Shown in pieces: positions 16,263 to 25,616 of a stretch of DNA of 27,923 nt. Both the position numbers and the translations under genes were made by a program. The stretch comes from a virus (lineage: Duplodnaviria; Caudoviricetes), in the IMG/VR virus record IMGVR_UViG_3300030098_000745, positions 1 to 27,923 of that record. One strand, written 5' to 3'. The notes beneath the pieces were generated by a model. It was not told the origin of the DNA. It searched no databases and was given only the letters and a program-made list of their open reading frames with translations. How positions within the stretch are numbered: the first letter of the stretch is position 1; each line of letters opens with the position of its first letter.

Positions 16263-17258
16263 CTAACGTTTTACTGTCTTATTTTTAATAGCAGCACAGA
16301 CCTTAGCAGCTATTTCTTTGTTTCCGTATTCTTTTATCTGGTCTCTCATACAATCATCCCACGAATACTTTAACATAGCTTTTCTCCTAGCAAATGAAAC
16401 GTATTCTAACATCTTGTATTTTCTTTTCCTTTTTTTTCTTCCTGTTTCTGAGTGTTCTTCACGCATAGTTGCAGAAGCATGGTCATCACAAGGCATGAAT
16501 AACCTTACACCATCAACATTATGTGGATGACTACCAGAACAACCTTTAAACATTTCAGCATATAATTCAGCTTCTTCTTTTGTTCTAAATAGTGGCTCAC
16601 CATCTAATGCACCTACAGGGCGTAACTCGTTTTCTAAGATAATATCTTTTATTTTACCCATCATTACCTCATCAGGGCAATCTTCACAAACTTCATCTAA
16701 AATATCTTTTTCTTTTGATGCTTCAATTAGTTTATCAGTAAAATAACCCTCAATGCTAAAACCACGTACTTCTTTGTTTTTAATTTTTTCCCAAATCTCA
16801 GGATTATTTTCTGCACTTACTTGCACAAACCAAGTTCCAATAGGCATATTCTTAAAACCATACATATTTGACTTGTCATATTTTTTATCTTCTTTAATCC
16901 ATGATTCAACTACTGTTAAACCTTGTATTGGCTCTTTGTGTTCTAGTGTATGGTTATTATTATTTAGACTATTCATAAACAACTTCTGTGCTTGTTTAAT
17001 AGTTTCTTTAGTAAAGAATACATCATATTCTTCATTTGTTTCTTTGTCTAGTCTAGGTATTTTTTTGTCTGGTATTAAAATTGCACCAATTAATTGTTTC
17101 TGTTCTTCATCTACTTTAGCTAGACTTAAAAAGTCATTATTAAAGAATACAAAGTTTTCCTCAATAGCAGGAAATTTAACAACTGAAATAGCATCAACGC
17201 CAAAGTGTTCTGCCGTTTCATCTATTATTAATTCTATTAGTTTTTTCTTTTTTCCCAT
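16263..17258 (-). CDS. Prohead serine protease (XkdF/S78-like) with C-terminal Cys/His modules
   Basis: AISVVKFPAIEENF, GAILIPDK, HTLEH, VVESWI, PIGTWF, IKNKEVRGFSIEGYF. Confidence 0.85.
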   Translation of the reverse strand: MGKKKKLIELIIDETAEHFGVDAISVVKFPAIEENFVFFNNDFLSLAKVDEEQKQLIGAILIPDKKIPRLDKETNEEYDVFFTKETIKQAQKLFMNSLNNNNHTLEHKEPIQGLTVVESWIKEDKKYDKSNMYGFKNMPIGTWFVQVSAENNPEIWEKIKNKEVRGFSIEGYFTDKLIEASKEKDILDEVCEDCPDEVMMGKIKDIILENELRPVGALDGEPLFRTKEEAELYAEMFKGCSGSHPHNVDGVRLFMPCDDHASATMREEHSETGRKKRKRKYKMLEYVSFARRKAMLKYSWDDCMRDQIKEYGNKEIAAKVCAAIKNKTVKR

Positions 17259-17265
17259 AACATCT

Positions 17266-17292
17266 ATAAATATAAAGTTTATAATTTTGTTT
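17266..17292 (-). promoter_or_regulatory. Putative late promoter AAACAA-N10-TTTATATTTAT
   Basis: 7 nt upstream of protease ATG 17258. Confidence 0.7.
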
Positions 17293-18676
17293 ATAATGTA
17301 GCTTGTATTTCTAATTCTTCTTGTAATGCCTGAGCATTTGATATATCATTTTCTACTACAAATGCTTGTACTGGTTCTGGTGTTCCTAAGTCATTTTGAT
17401 TAATGTTTTCTAAATTAGGTATTAATCCTGCACCACCTAATCCTGTAGGTTGTGGTACATTAGTATCAGCACCACCACCACCACCACCACCTGCACCCGT
17501 TTCAGGGTTTGTTGATTTTATTCTAGCAACATTTGCTAAACCTGCTGCTACAATACCGGCAGCTGAAATAGCACCAAATATACCACCTTGTGCAAGAGCT
17601 TTATTAGCACCTGTATATGTATCAATTAATGCTTGACCAATAGCCATAGCTTTCCCTGCTTTACTATTTTCACCTAATGCACCAGATATTTGACCTAATG
17701 CACCTGAAATAATATCTGCTTTTTGGTCTTGTGTTAATTTAGTTATTGCAACTTCTTCTTTTCCAGTTTCTTTTACAACCTTTACTGTCTTTTTTAAAGC
17801 ATCCTGTTTTTCTTTTTCTAATGCTTTCTCATTTACTAAGTTTTCAGATTTTTGGGTTGTTATCCTGTTATCTAATTCAATTAATTCATTTTTAGCATCT
17901 TGTAAAGCAACCTGCAAATCAACATTATCTTTGTTTTTAGATAATTCTAACTCTGCTAATTCTATTTTTTTATTTGCTAATTTTTTTTCTTCTTCAAATT
18001 GCTTATCTAGTATTTTACCTAGTTCTTCATTAGCAGCAATCCTCTCGTCAATAGTCAAAGTAATATCATCTCTAATTTGTCTTTGTAACTCTGCATCTCT
18101 TTCATAGGTTGCTTGTAAACCCCTTTGTTGGGCTTCTGCTAGTTTTACTTCATTTCTTAATTTAACCAAATCTTTACCAAATTTTACCGATTCTTTTGCA
18201 GATTCTTTTGCATTATTTATAAAATCTTTAAAACTTTCATTGTTACCTACAACTGCTTCTTTTACACCATCAAAAGATTGTTTTGCTATTTCTCCTGCTT
18301 CTTTAAATTCACCCTTTAAAACCTTACCAACTGCTTTTCCTAATAAACCTAAACCTTTTACAACAGATAAAATAGTGTTAACTAATTTTTGAAAAATATC
18401 ACCAACTACTGCACTTGCGATATTTACTTTGTCCATGACTGCTTGATTTTTGCCTAAAGCTTCAGTGAGTTTAACAAACCCTGAAACAATAAGACCTATA
18501 CCCATAGCTTTGAATGCTAAACCAACACCCCTTACACCTGACTGCATTACAGAAAAACTACCTTTTGATTTTTTCGCACTAGAGCTAGTATCTGCAATAC
18601 CTTTTTTTAATTCATCAACTTGTTTAATACCATCTTTAGCATCTACTTTTAATTCTACTGTTTTTTCTATCGCCAT
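17291..18676 (-). CDS. Tape measure protein (short, 461 aa)
   Basis: Long helical coiled coil, hydrophobic Ala/Gly segments (AFKAMGIGLIV; AIGQALIDTY.GANKAL), C-terminal PVQAFVVENDISNAQ. Confidence 0.7.
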   Translation of the reverse strand: MAIEKTVELKVDAKDGIKQVDELKKGIADTSSSAKKSKGSFSVMQSGVRGVGLAFKAMGIGLIVSGFVKLTEALGKNQAVMDKVNIASAVVGDIFQKLVNTILSVVKGLGLLGKAVGKVLKGEFKEAGEIAKQSFDGVKEAVVGNNESFKDFINNAKESAKESVKFGKDLVKLRNEVKLAEAQQRGLQATYERDAELQRQIRDDITLTIDERIAANEELGKILDKQFEEEKKLANKKIELAELELSKNKDNVDLQVALQDAKNELIELDNRITTQKSENLVNEKALEKEKQDALKKTVKVVKETGKEEVAITKLTQDQKADIISGALGQISGALGENSKAGKAMAIGQALIDTYTGANKALAQGGIFGAISAAGIVAAGLANVARIKSTNPETGAGGGGGGGADTNVPQPTGLGGAGLIPNLENINQNDLGTPEPVQAFVVENDISNAQALQEELEIQATL

Positions 18677-18840
18677 ATTATTCTCATTATTTGTTTAAAC
18701 ATTTTTCTAAAGCTTGTGTGATATTCTTGCATACCATAAGCAAAATCTAATTCTTTGTCTTTATAATCTACTAACTGCAAATGGTCTATTGCAGGAATAA
18801 TAACCTTTGCAACGCTTTCTATATATTTCTTTAGTTCCAT
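18667..18840 (-). CDS. Small hypothetical protein (57 aa); not in ORF track
   Basis: MELKKYIESVAKVIIPAIDHLQLVDYKDKELDFAYGMQEYHTSFRKMFKQIMRIIWR*; overlaps both neighbours. Confidence 0.65.
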   Translation of the reverse strand: MELKKYIESVAKVIIPAIDHLQLVDYKDKELDFAYGMQEYHTSFRKMFKQIMRIIWR

Positions 18841-21800
18841 ATCATTAGTTTATAATTTTGAAATTGTATATTTTCACCATTTTGATATAACGCCCAATTT
18901 TCATCATAAGGCAATCCAATACTATAAATTTGTTGCACATCAATATCAACACTCAATGACCAAACTCTTTTTGTGTCTGTTTGACTGTCATCTAATCCAA
19001 ATTTTAACTCACCACCATCACCTGTTGTTATATATAAGGTGCAAGTCTGTATAGCACCAGATTCTTTAAGTGAAAACTCAGCTGTTCCCCCTGTTGTTCC
19101 TAATTGGCTTACACTACCACTCATATTTTTAAAGGCAGTATAATAAGCAAAACCCTCAGTTAAACCGACAACATAAGTAGCACTTGTACCACCCACAACA
19201 GTTGCAGTTCCTTTTACTCTTATGATAGTATTGCAATCTGGAGGCAAATATATCTTTCTAGCATTTTTACTACCCTCAGGGTAAGCATAGCCACGTGTAT
19301 TTCCATCTGTGAATCCTGTTAAAACCATTCTGTGTGATTCACCCTCAATAGGTGGTAATCCTTTTCTTTTATTAGTGTATTTAATAGCTATATCATTACC
19401 GAAAGAATTTATCAATGGTGTAGCATATTTTGTGTTCCCTGTTCCAATCATTAGGGGTTTGTTTAAACCACCCAATTTTTCATAGAACATACTTTTTAAT
19501 TGACCTACATTAAACAAGGTTCTAAAGCGTAAAATGTTTTGCAGTCTTATTGGAATACTACCTGCATTAACAGCACAAAGGTATAAGTTTTGAGCAGCAT
19601 AAGCAGTATAATTATAATTAGGATATCCACCAAGACCAAGACAACAAGCAGGTGGTGCTACAAGTCCTGAATAATCACCTGCCGTTACAGATGGCGTACA
19701 GCTTGGGTTACTACTTGGACACCATACATAAAACCAATTAAAAAAAGTATTTGAGCCATTAAAATTACCTAATACATAACCACAATCATTACCTGTTGAA
19801 ATAGTGTCTAATGATTTTAATAACTTTACTTTTGTTGATGCTTTTGCACCTACTTGATAATTGCTAATTTCAATGATCCTATAGTAGGCATCTCTTATAA
19901 ATACTTCATCATTAAATTTAAAATTGAATATATCTACTTCATTAAGGTTTAGATAACATTCCATTAATCGTGCATCTACACCATAAACACCATCAAGATA
20001 TTGCTTCCAGTATAGACCATACAAAGAATTATTAAACCAACTACCAGATTCATCTTCATAATTAAAAATATCTAATTCACCTACTATTGGTGGTGTACTA
20101 TTCCAATATAAAGATTTGTTTGCTTGTGTTAATGTATAAGCATCACTAGATGGTGTAATATCAAAAGGTGTGCAAACGGGGTACGTTGTAAAAGAATAAG
20201 GTGTAATTGTATTTGATACGTTATTATGTAAATAATATGTTTTAGTATTATCAGCTGAATCTTTTACTGTTGTTGCTAGACCATTATACCAATATAATTT
20301 TGGTTTTGTTGCCTCTGTGGGGTTTTCGCTTCCACCCTCAACATCAACATAAGTAAATTCATATTGAACAGTCATATTAGCTAAATATGATGGGTCTTGA
20401 AAATTATCATCACCCCTAAATACCTTTTGATTAATATATGGTGAAAAGATTGGATTGTTAGTCATTTCACCCGTAGCAAAATCATTATTAGTTTCTGTTA
20501 TATTTAGATGACCAAATACATTAGAAGTAGGTGCAAATTCCTTTATTACCTTATTGCTATAATCAACATCTTCTAAGTCTGTTAAATTTATAGTCTTTTT
20601 TTGTAGTGAGGTTGTATCTCTAATTATTACTTCTTTTGATGTGTCTAGCTTTTCTGTCCAATCTTTTAATGTGCTTTGTGATAAATAGTCATTATAAGGC
20701 TCTATAATGATATTAGAGGCATCGTCGGGGTCTGCAATAACTACAAGATTAAAACGTTCTATTAAGTCCTTTAAAAACGCCTTTTGTGTTATTGTGCTAT
20801 CAATACAAGCAGGTACATTAATGGTTGCACCATATACTCCTTGATTAAATTCTGCCCAATCCAATGATAGCTCTACATTAATGTTTTGACCTGCATAGTC
20901 CATATTGGTACACAAATGAAAAGTTATATCATTAGAAAAATTATTAGGCTCAAATGCGTAACGCCTCATTTTAATTCTAGCAGAAGCACCAACAGGCATC
21001 GAAGTAATATCCATTCCATATATGTGTGATACGGTTTGTTGTTGTGATGTATTTGGCACATTTCTAGTGATTTGTGAATATATAGTACCATCAGTACCCT
21101 CAATAATAACATCAAATTTTATAGAATCACTATCGCATAAGTCACTACTTTTTAAATTATCAGTTGTTGTTTTATGCCTAATAGTCAGAGTCTCCATTGT
21201 TGGGTAGAGCTTTGTGAAAGTGTTTGCAGATGTATCCCAAATTGTAGTGGGATCTTGTGAAGCAATTACACTAATAGGTACTATTGTGTAATCTACTTCA
21301 TGACAAATTTGAAAATCTGCAGGGTCTACAAAACTAGGGTTTAAAGTCCATTGACCCCAACTTAAAAAAGTTGGACCAGCAACTGATGTTCCTGCTGGTT
21401 GCTGAACTGTGCTTGATGTTGGTAAACCTGCACCTGCTAATTCATTCCCTGTGGTCATATAGATTTTACCAAAATATGATCCATCTATAAAAGTTGATGT
21501 ATAAGAAAAACCTGCCTTTGCTAAAATTAATTTGAATAATGTTTTTATTTGTATTGCAGGTCTTAGTTGTGTTAAAGGCACAATATAGCTTAAAGCATCA
21601 CCAACACCCATTCCTGAAATATCTCCTGAATCCATTAAAAGATATTTATTGTGACCACCATCATTTGTTGTATCATTAGGGTCATAATAAAAGTTTGGTT
21701 TTGTTAAGGACATTGGATACATAACCTTTTGCACATTAACATCTGTATCTCTTAATGAAACGGCAGGTGTGTCATTATTTTGAAAAGCACTACTACTACC

Positions 21801-22289
21801 ATTCCATGAATTTAATACATTAGTTTCATTAAAGGTGTGGTCTAATTCTGTACTATACGTTTCACCATCTGCATTAAGAAAAACATCTTTTAATCTTTGC
21901 TCACCAATAGCACTAAACAAATCAGATGTATTAGACATTAATACAACTTCATAACATTGTGCTTTATTATAGACTGCCTTTAGCTGAATAAAACCATCAA
22001 ATTGTGGTACAGTTCCAACATATAAAACTGCATTGAATTTTTTTCTTGTGCTAAATACTAAAGTTGTTAAATTGACATTAAACCAATTTTGAAAGAACTC
22101 ATTATTATTATCAGTAAAAGGTAATTTAAAGGTTTGTGAATAACTACCTTTTCTAGTTTCAGGTTCTTTAATATCACTAAATTGAAAGTTTAATGATATA
22201 TTGGGTGCTTCCTGTAGGTCTAGTTGATAGGTGCTATCTGAGGTTGCACTTGTGGTGGCTTTTCTATATGCTACTAATCTAACATTCAT
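18831..22289 (-). CDS. Large tail tip/hub protein (1152 aa)
   Basis: LDL...ISLNFQFSDIKEPETRKGSYSQTFKLPFTDNNNEFF N-terminus; QKAFLKDLIERFNL, DWTEKLD; beta-rich. Confidence 0.65.
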   Translation of the reverse strand: MNVRLVAYRKATTSATSDSTYQLDLQEAPNISLNFQFSDIKEPETRKGSYSQTFKLPFTDNNNEFFQNWFNVNLTTLVFSTRKKFNAVLYVGTVPQFDGFIQLKAVYNKAQCYEVVLMSNTSDLFSAIGEQRLKDVFLNADGETYSTELDHTFNETNVLNSWNGSSSAFQNNDTPAVSLRDTDVNVQKVMYPMSLTKPNFYYDPNDTTNDGGHNKYLLMDSGDISGMGVGDALSYIVPLTQLRPAIQIKTLFKLILAKAGFSYTSTFIDGSYFGKIYMTTGNELAGAGLPTSSTVQQPAGTSVAGPTFLSWGQWTLNPSFVDPADFQICHEVDYTIVPISVIASQDPTTIWDTSANTFTKLYPTMETLTIRHKTTTDNLKSSDLCDSDSIKFDVIIEGTDGTIYSQITRNVPNTSQQQTVSHIYGMDITSMPVGASARIKMRRYAFEPNNFSNDITFHLCTNMDYAGQNINVELSLDWAEFNQGVYGATINVPACIDSTITQKAFLKDLIERFNLVVIADPDDASNIIIEPYNDYLSQSTLKDWTEKLDTSKEVIIRDTTSLQKKTINLTDLEDVDYSNKVIKEFAPTSNVFGHLNITETNNDFATGEMTNNPIFSPYINQKVFRGDDNFQDPSYLANMTVQYEFTYVDVEGGSENPTEATKPKLYWYNGLATTVKDSADNTKTYYLHNNVSNTITPYSFTTYPVCTPFDITPSSDAYTLTQANKSLYWNSTPPIVGELDIFNYEDESGSWFNNSLYGLYWKQYLDGVYGVDARLMECYLNLNEVDIFNFKFNDEVFIRDAYYRIIEISNYQVGAKASTKVKLLKSLDTISTGNDCGYVLGNFNGSNTFFNWFYVWCPSSNPSCTPSVTAGDYSGLVAPPACCLGLGGYPNYNYTAYAAQNLYLCAVNAGSIPIRLQNILRFRTLFNVGQLKSMFYEKLGGLNKPLMIGTGNTKYATPLINSFGNDIAIKYTNKRKGLPPIEGESHRMVLTGFTDGNTRGYAYPEGSKNARKIYLPPDCNTIIRVKGTATVVGGTSATYVVGLTEGFAYYTAFKNMSGSVSQLGTTGGTAEFSLKESGAIQTCTLYITTGDGGELKFGLDDSQTDTKRVWSLSVDIDVQQIYSIGLPYDENWALYQNGENIQFQNYKLMIWN

Positions 22290-23770
22290 TAGCTATTTGT
22301 ATTAATTGGATTTGCGTATTCTATATTAATTGTATATTGAATTAATTTGTCATTAGCAACAGTCTTTTTTACAAATGATGAATCTGTTACAACTACACCC
22401 TCAGTAAAGTCTGTATCTAAATTTTCTAATATATAAACATCTGTTGAATATGCAAGTTTCTCTAATAGGTTAGCATCTTCCTCACTTATCCAATCTGTTT
22501 GTAATGTTTCTTTTAAAATAGCAGTGGTTTGTCTTGTTGTTTTACCTCTTTGAGTATTGTTATATCTCCATCTACTTTTATTGAATGTTCCAAGCATTGT
22601 ACTATAATTATCACGAGTAACTTCTATTGTAGATGTAGACTTCATTTTGAAATTAAAATAATCATAACACCCTAAGCTATTTCTAAAAGCTAATCTTCTA
22701 ATTTTAAAACCTTTACAACTTCCATCTTGATTAATGAAATAATATAAAGCAGAAACGGGGTCTCCATCACCTCCACCAGTATTTGTTAATGCTTGTACTG
22801 TATAATGTGTCCACCCTGCATTGTTAGCATTATTAGGTCTAGCAGTAACATGAACAGATTGAAAAGCTAAATTACCTGTTCCACAACCAAAGTATAAAAT
22901 TCTTTGAGGGTCTGTTGCAACTAGATTAGGTGCTTGACCCCCATAAGTAGAGCTTTGCTCAAATTCATTTTGTGTTAATTGGCTTGAGCCATCATAATAT
23001 GTAACTTGTATTTTATAGCAATTAGAAGCAAAATCTGTTGTACCATTCAAAAAACCTATTGTGTGATAATCACCTAAACCTTGCACGTAATTTCTGTAAA
23101 CTTCACCAGGATTTGTTTCAGTAGAGCTACCAACTATTGTGCCTGTTGCTGATGCTTCCAAATCACTTAAAAACCTTTTAGTTGAAGAGCTTAAACTAAA
23201 CACATTAAAAGCGTTGCTTTGGATATAGTCAGGGTCAGTATTTCTTGCAGTCATTAAAGGTAATGAAGCAGCCGTAAAAAATTCAACATCTGTAACTGAT
23301 GTGTCTGGGTATTCTTGTGGTGAAGCAGAAGCAGATAATGAGTATTCTTCATATCCTTTAACGTGTAATAATTGTATTTGTGTTTTGTCATTTGTATTAT
23401 CACCATTAACACTAAAGGGTTTTGTTGATGTGTTTTTACCGACTTTATGGATAGCTCTAAAAGGTACTCCATCATCATTTTGGTCAAATACAGTATCTAC
23501 TAAAACACTATTTGCTACATCTCTCAAATCAAAAAAAGCTCTAGCTTCATTACCTGCTACATCCACGCTATATCCATTTCTTCTTTGTTTTATTTTAGCT
23601 ATTAATGTTCCACTACCATCATCTAATCTAACTTCTACAATTAGTTTGTGGTAAAAATAACTAGCCACACTATCTTGATGTAGCATCCATCCTATTAGTG
23701 GTGTCCAATTAGTTAATACAGGTACTTTGTCTGATTCCTCAACAGGATATTGCTTCCAAGATAACGCCAT
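22289..23770 (-). CDS. Tail structural protein (distal-tail-like)
   Basis: C-terminal LAFRNSLGCYDYFNF...TDWISEE...L.YSTDVY...DKLIQYTINIEYAN; coupled to the tip gene. Confidence 0.55.
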   Translation of the reverse strand: MALSWKQYPVEESDKVPVLTNWTPLIGWMLHQDSVASYFYHKLIVEVRLDDGSGTLIAKIKQRRNGYSVDVAGNEARAFFDLRDVANSVLVDTVFDQNDDGVPFRAIHKVGKNTSTKPFSVNGDNTNDKTQIQLLHVKGYEEYSLSASASPQEYPDTSVTDVEFFTAASLPLMTARNTDPDYIQSNAFNVFSLSSSTKRFLSDLEASATGTIVGSSTETNPGEVYRNYVQGLGDYHTIGFLNGTTDFASNCYKIQVTYYDGSSQLTQNEFEQSSTYGGQAPNLVATDPQRILYFGCGTGNLAFQSVHVTARPNNANNAGWTHYTVQALTNTGGGDGDPVSALYYFINQDGSCKGFKIRRLAFRNSLGCYDYFNFKMKSTSTIEVTRDNYSTMLGTFNKSRWRYNNTQRGKTTRQTTAILKETLQTDWISEEDANLLEKLAYSTDVYILENLDTDFTEGVVVTDSSFVKKTVANDKLIQYTINIEYANPINTNS

Positions 23771-23773
23771 AAT

Positions 23774-24316
23774 TTAATCTTTTAATGTTTGTTCTAGCAT
23801 AGCTTCTATATCATTAGCAAATGCTTCTGTAATTTTATCTGTTTGTTTTTTTAATTGTTGTGTAAAAGGTCTAGAAAAAAATTGTGTTCTTTCTAACCCC
23901 CTTTGATAAATAGCACGTTGTATTAAATATGCTAAACTCTTTCTTTTTATAAAACGCCCTTGTTTATCTCTAGCAGCTCTTAATGGTTTTCTAACTATCC
24001 ATTGGTCAATGAATCTTCTAGGGGGCATTTTTGTACTATACTTAAACGGGCTACCTTGACCACGCATTTTTCCACTTCCTTTATAACCACCTGCACCTCG
24101 CACACCCTCATCAACAAACATCCAATAATCATCAGCATTTCCAAATTCAAATTCTAATGTAACAGAATCTTTTGATGCAGTTACCATATAATCAAACTCA
24201 TTATAGAGTGTATTTCCACTTGTGGTTTTTTTCTTCTTTTTAAGAATAGACTTACCCTCAGTTACTACATTAGAACCTAATTTTTGTAATGCTTGTATTG
24301 TGTTTGTAAATTCCAT
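23774..24316 (-). CDS. Neck/tail-completion protein (HK97 gp10-like)
   Basis: Basic; SGNTLYN, YWMFVDEGVRG, KMPP...I..W, LAYLIQRAIYQRG....FFSRPF. Confidence 0.6.
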   Translation of the reverse strand: MEFTNTIQALQKLGSNVVTEGKSILKKKKKTTSGNTLYNEFDYMVTASKDSVTLEFEFGNADDYWMFVDEGVRGAGGYKGSGKMRGQGSPFKYSTKMPPRRFIDQWIVRKPLRAARDKQGRFIKRKSLAYLIQRAIYQRGLERTQFFSRPFTQQLKKQTDKITEAFANDIEAMLEQTLKD

Positions 24317-24852
24317 TAGCTATTAGCAGTAATTGGTGCGATACATAAATTGTTTTTATTATTAACTTGAAAAGTTATTGGTGCAACCCATCCTGTCAAT
24401 AAATTATTAAACCTTGCAGTAAAAGGTTCTGCTGTTATTGGGAGTTCTAAATATACTTCATCATCTACCCAAGATGCACTATTTAAATTTTGTTTAAATT
24501 CTGCAATTACATCTTTAAGAATTAATAGGTTTTCTGAATACGCATTAATACGCCCTTGCAGTGGTCGACTAAGTAATTTGTTTTCAGCTGCATATTGACC
24601 AACAGGTGAAGCAGGTTTTATATTTTCGGTAGTTTCATTAATTTTATCTAAGATATATAAATTGAAAGAATAAGTCATGTAACCTGAATCAATTACTGCA
24701 TTTGATGGTTCTAAATATAATATAACATAATCAGTTGCACCAAGTTTTCTAATATCTACTTCATCTAATTCTCCACAGTGAAAAAAATTTATTTCATGAT
24801 GTTTTTCTGCAATAGTGGAAAAAAAATCAACTGCATTATTAAAAGTTTTCAT
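24316..24852 (-). CDS. Putative tail terminator/completion protein (start revised to ATG 24852)
   Basis: MKTFNNAVDFF...EPFTARFNNLLTGW...CIAP; the longer track start at 24894 overlaps the frameshift extension. Confidence 0.55.
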   Translation of the reverse strand: MKTFNNAVDFFSTIAEKHHEINFFHCGELDEVDIRKLGATDYVILYLEPSNAVIDSGYMTYSFNLYILDKINETTENIKPASPVGQYAAENKLLSRPLQGRINAYSENLLILKDVIAEFKQNLNSASWVDDEVYLELPITAEPFTARFNNLLTGWVAPITFQVNNKNNLCIAPITANS

Positions 24853-25584
24853 AATTATTTCTTTTCTTATTATTATAATCTTGACTATATGCAAGATATG
24901 TTAATACTTCTAAAATTGGTATTCTAGTAATCTTTTCAATATCTAAAATACTATTAGACAAAGAATAGATGATATTGTACCATCCCCACTTTGATTGCAT
25001 TGTTACTGCTTTTGTGGTTTCATTTCCTGTACTTGTAAAAAGCGTTGCGAAGTCTTCGCTAATACGCTTCCTAAAGTCAAAAAAAAACCTAAACTGCTAA
25101 GAGCTATATCCATCGGACAATCCTTAAATAGTTCCTCTTTGAACTCATCAGGATCATAATTTTCAATAGCATATCTTTCATTCCTTTTAAAAGTAATCTT
25201 TCTATAAAGTATCGACATAATAATATGTAGATTCTCAATAGGTTCTTTGCAATAAGTTTCTAAGTCTATATATTCTCCTGTGCTTAATTTACTCAAATTA
25301 GGTACAAAACCATATTCTTCTTTTTTAAACACAAATGTTTTTCTAAATTCTTCATCTTTTGGCTCTGTATCAATCATGGTTTTAATTATGCTCATTATCT
25401 CTAATAAGTCCTTGTAATCCATTTTCTTTACAACAAAGGGTGTAGTGTTACATAATAACGCTAAACTCTTTACAACCTTGTTTTTCTCACTTCCTTTGCC
25501 CTCTTGTATTTTAACATATTTCTGATACGTTTCTATTGTTATATCAGACCAATTATCTGGTATAGTTAATTTTACCTCTTTCAT
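24839..25584 (-). CDS. Tail assembly chaperone GT-like -1 frameshift product (~248 aa)
   Basis: T9 slippery run at 25079-25087; the -1 frame is open to 24839 (FDFRKRISEDF...MQSKWGWYNIIYSLS...PILEVLTYLAY). Confidence 0.7.
25003..25584 (-). CDS. Tail assembly chaperone G-like protein
   Basis: IPDNWSDITIETYQKY...YGFVPNLSKLSTGEYIDLE...IMSILYR...LGFF at the slippery site. Confidence 0.65.
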   Translation of the reverse strand: MKEVKLTIPDNWSDITIETYQKYVKIQEGKGSEKNKVVKSLALLCNTTPFVVKKMDYKDLLEIMSIIKTMIDTEPKDEEFRKTFVFKKEEYGFVPNLSKLSTGEYIDLETYCKEPIENLHIIMSILYRKITFKRNERYAIENYDPDEFKEELFKDCPMDIALSSLGFFLTLGSVLAKTSQRFLQVQEMKPQKQ

Positions 25585-25589
25585 TACTA

Positions 25590-25616
25590 ATAAATATAAA
25601 AGTTTATAATTCGTTT
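25590..25616 (-). promoter_or_regulatory. Putative late promoter AAACGA-N10-TTTATATTTAT
   Basis: 5 nt upstream of ATG 25584; the upstream box lies in the last MTase codons. Confidence 0.7.

Noticed and set aside
17468-17498. (ACC)n trinucleotide repeat
   Set aside because: It encodes a poly-Gly linker in the tape measure C-terminus; in-frame low complexity only.
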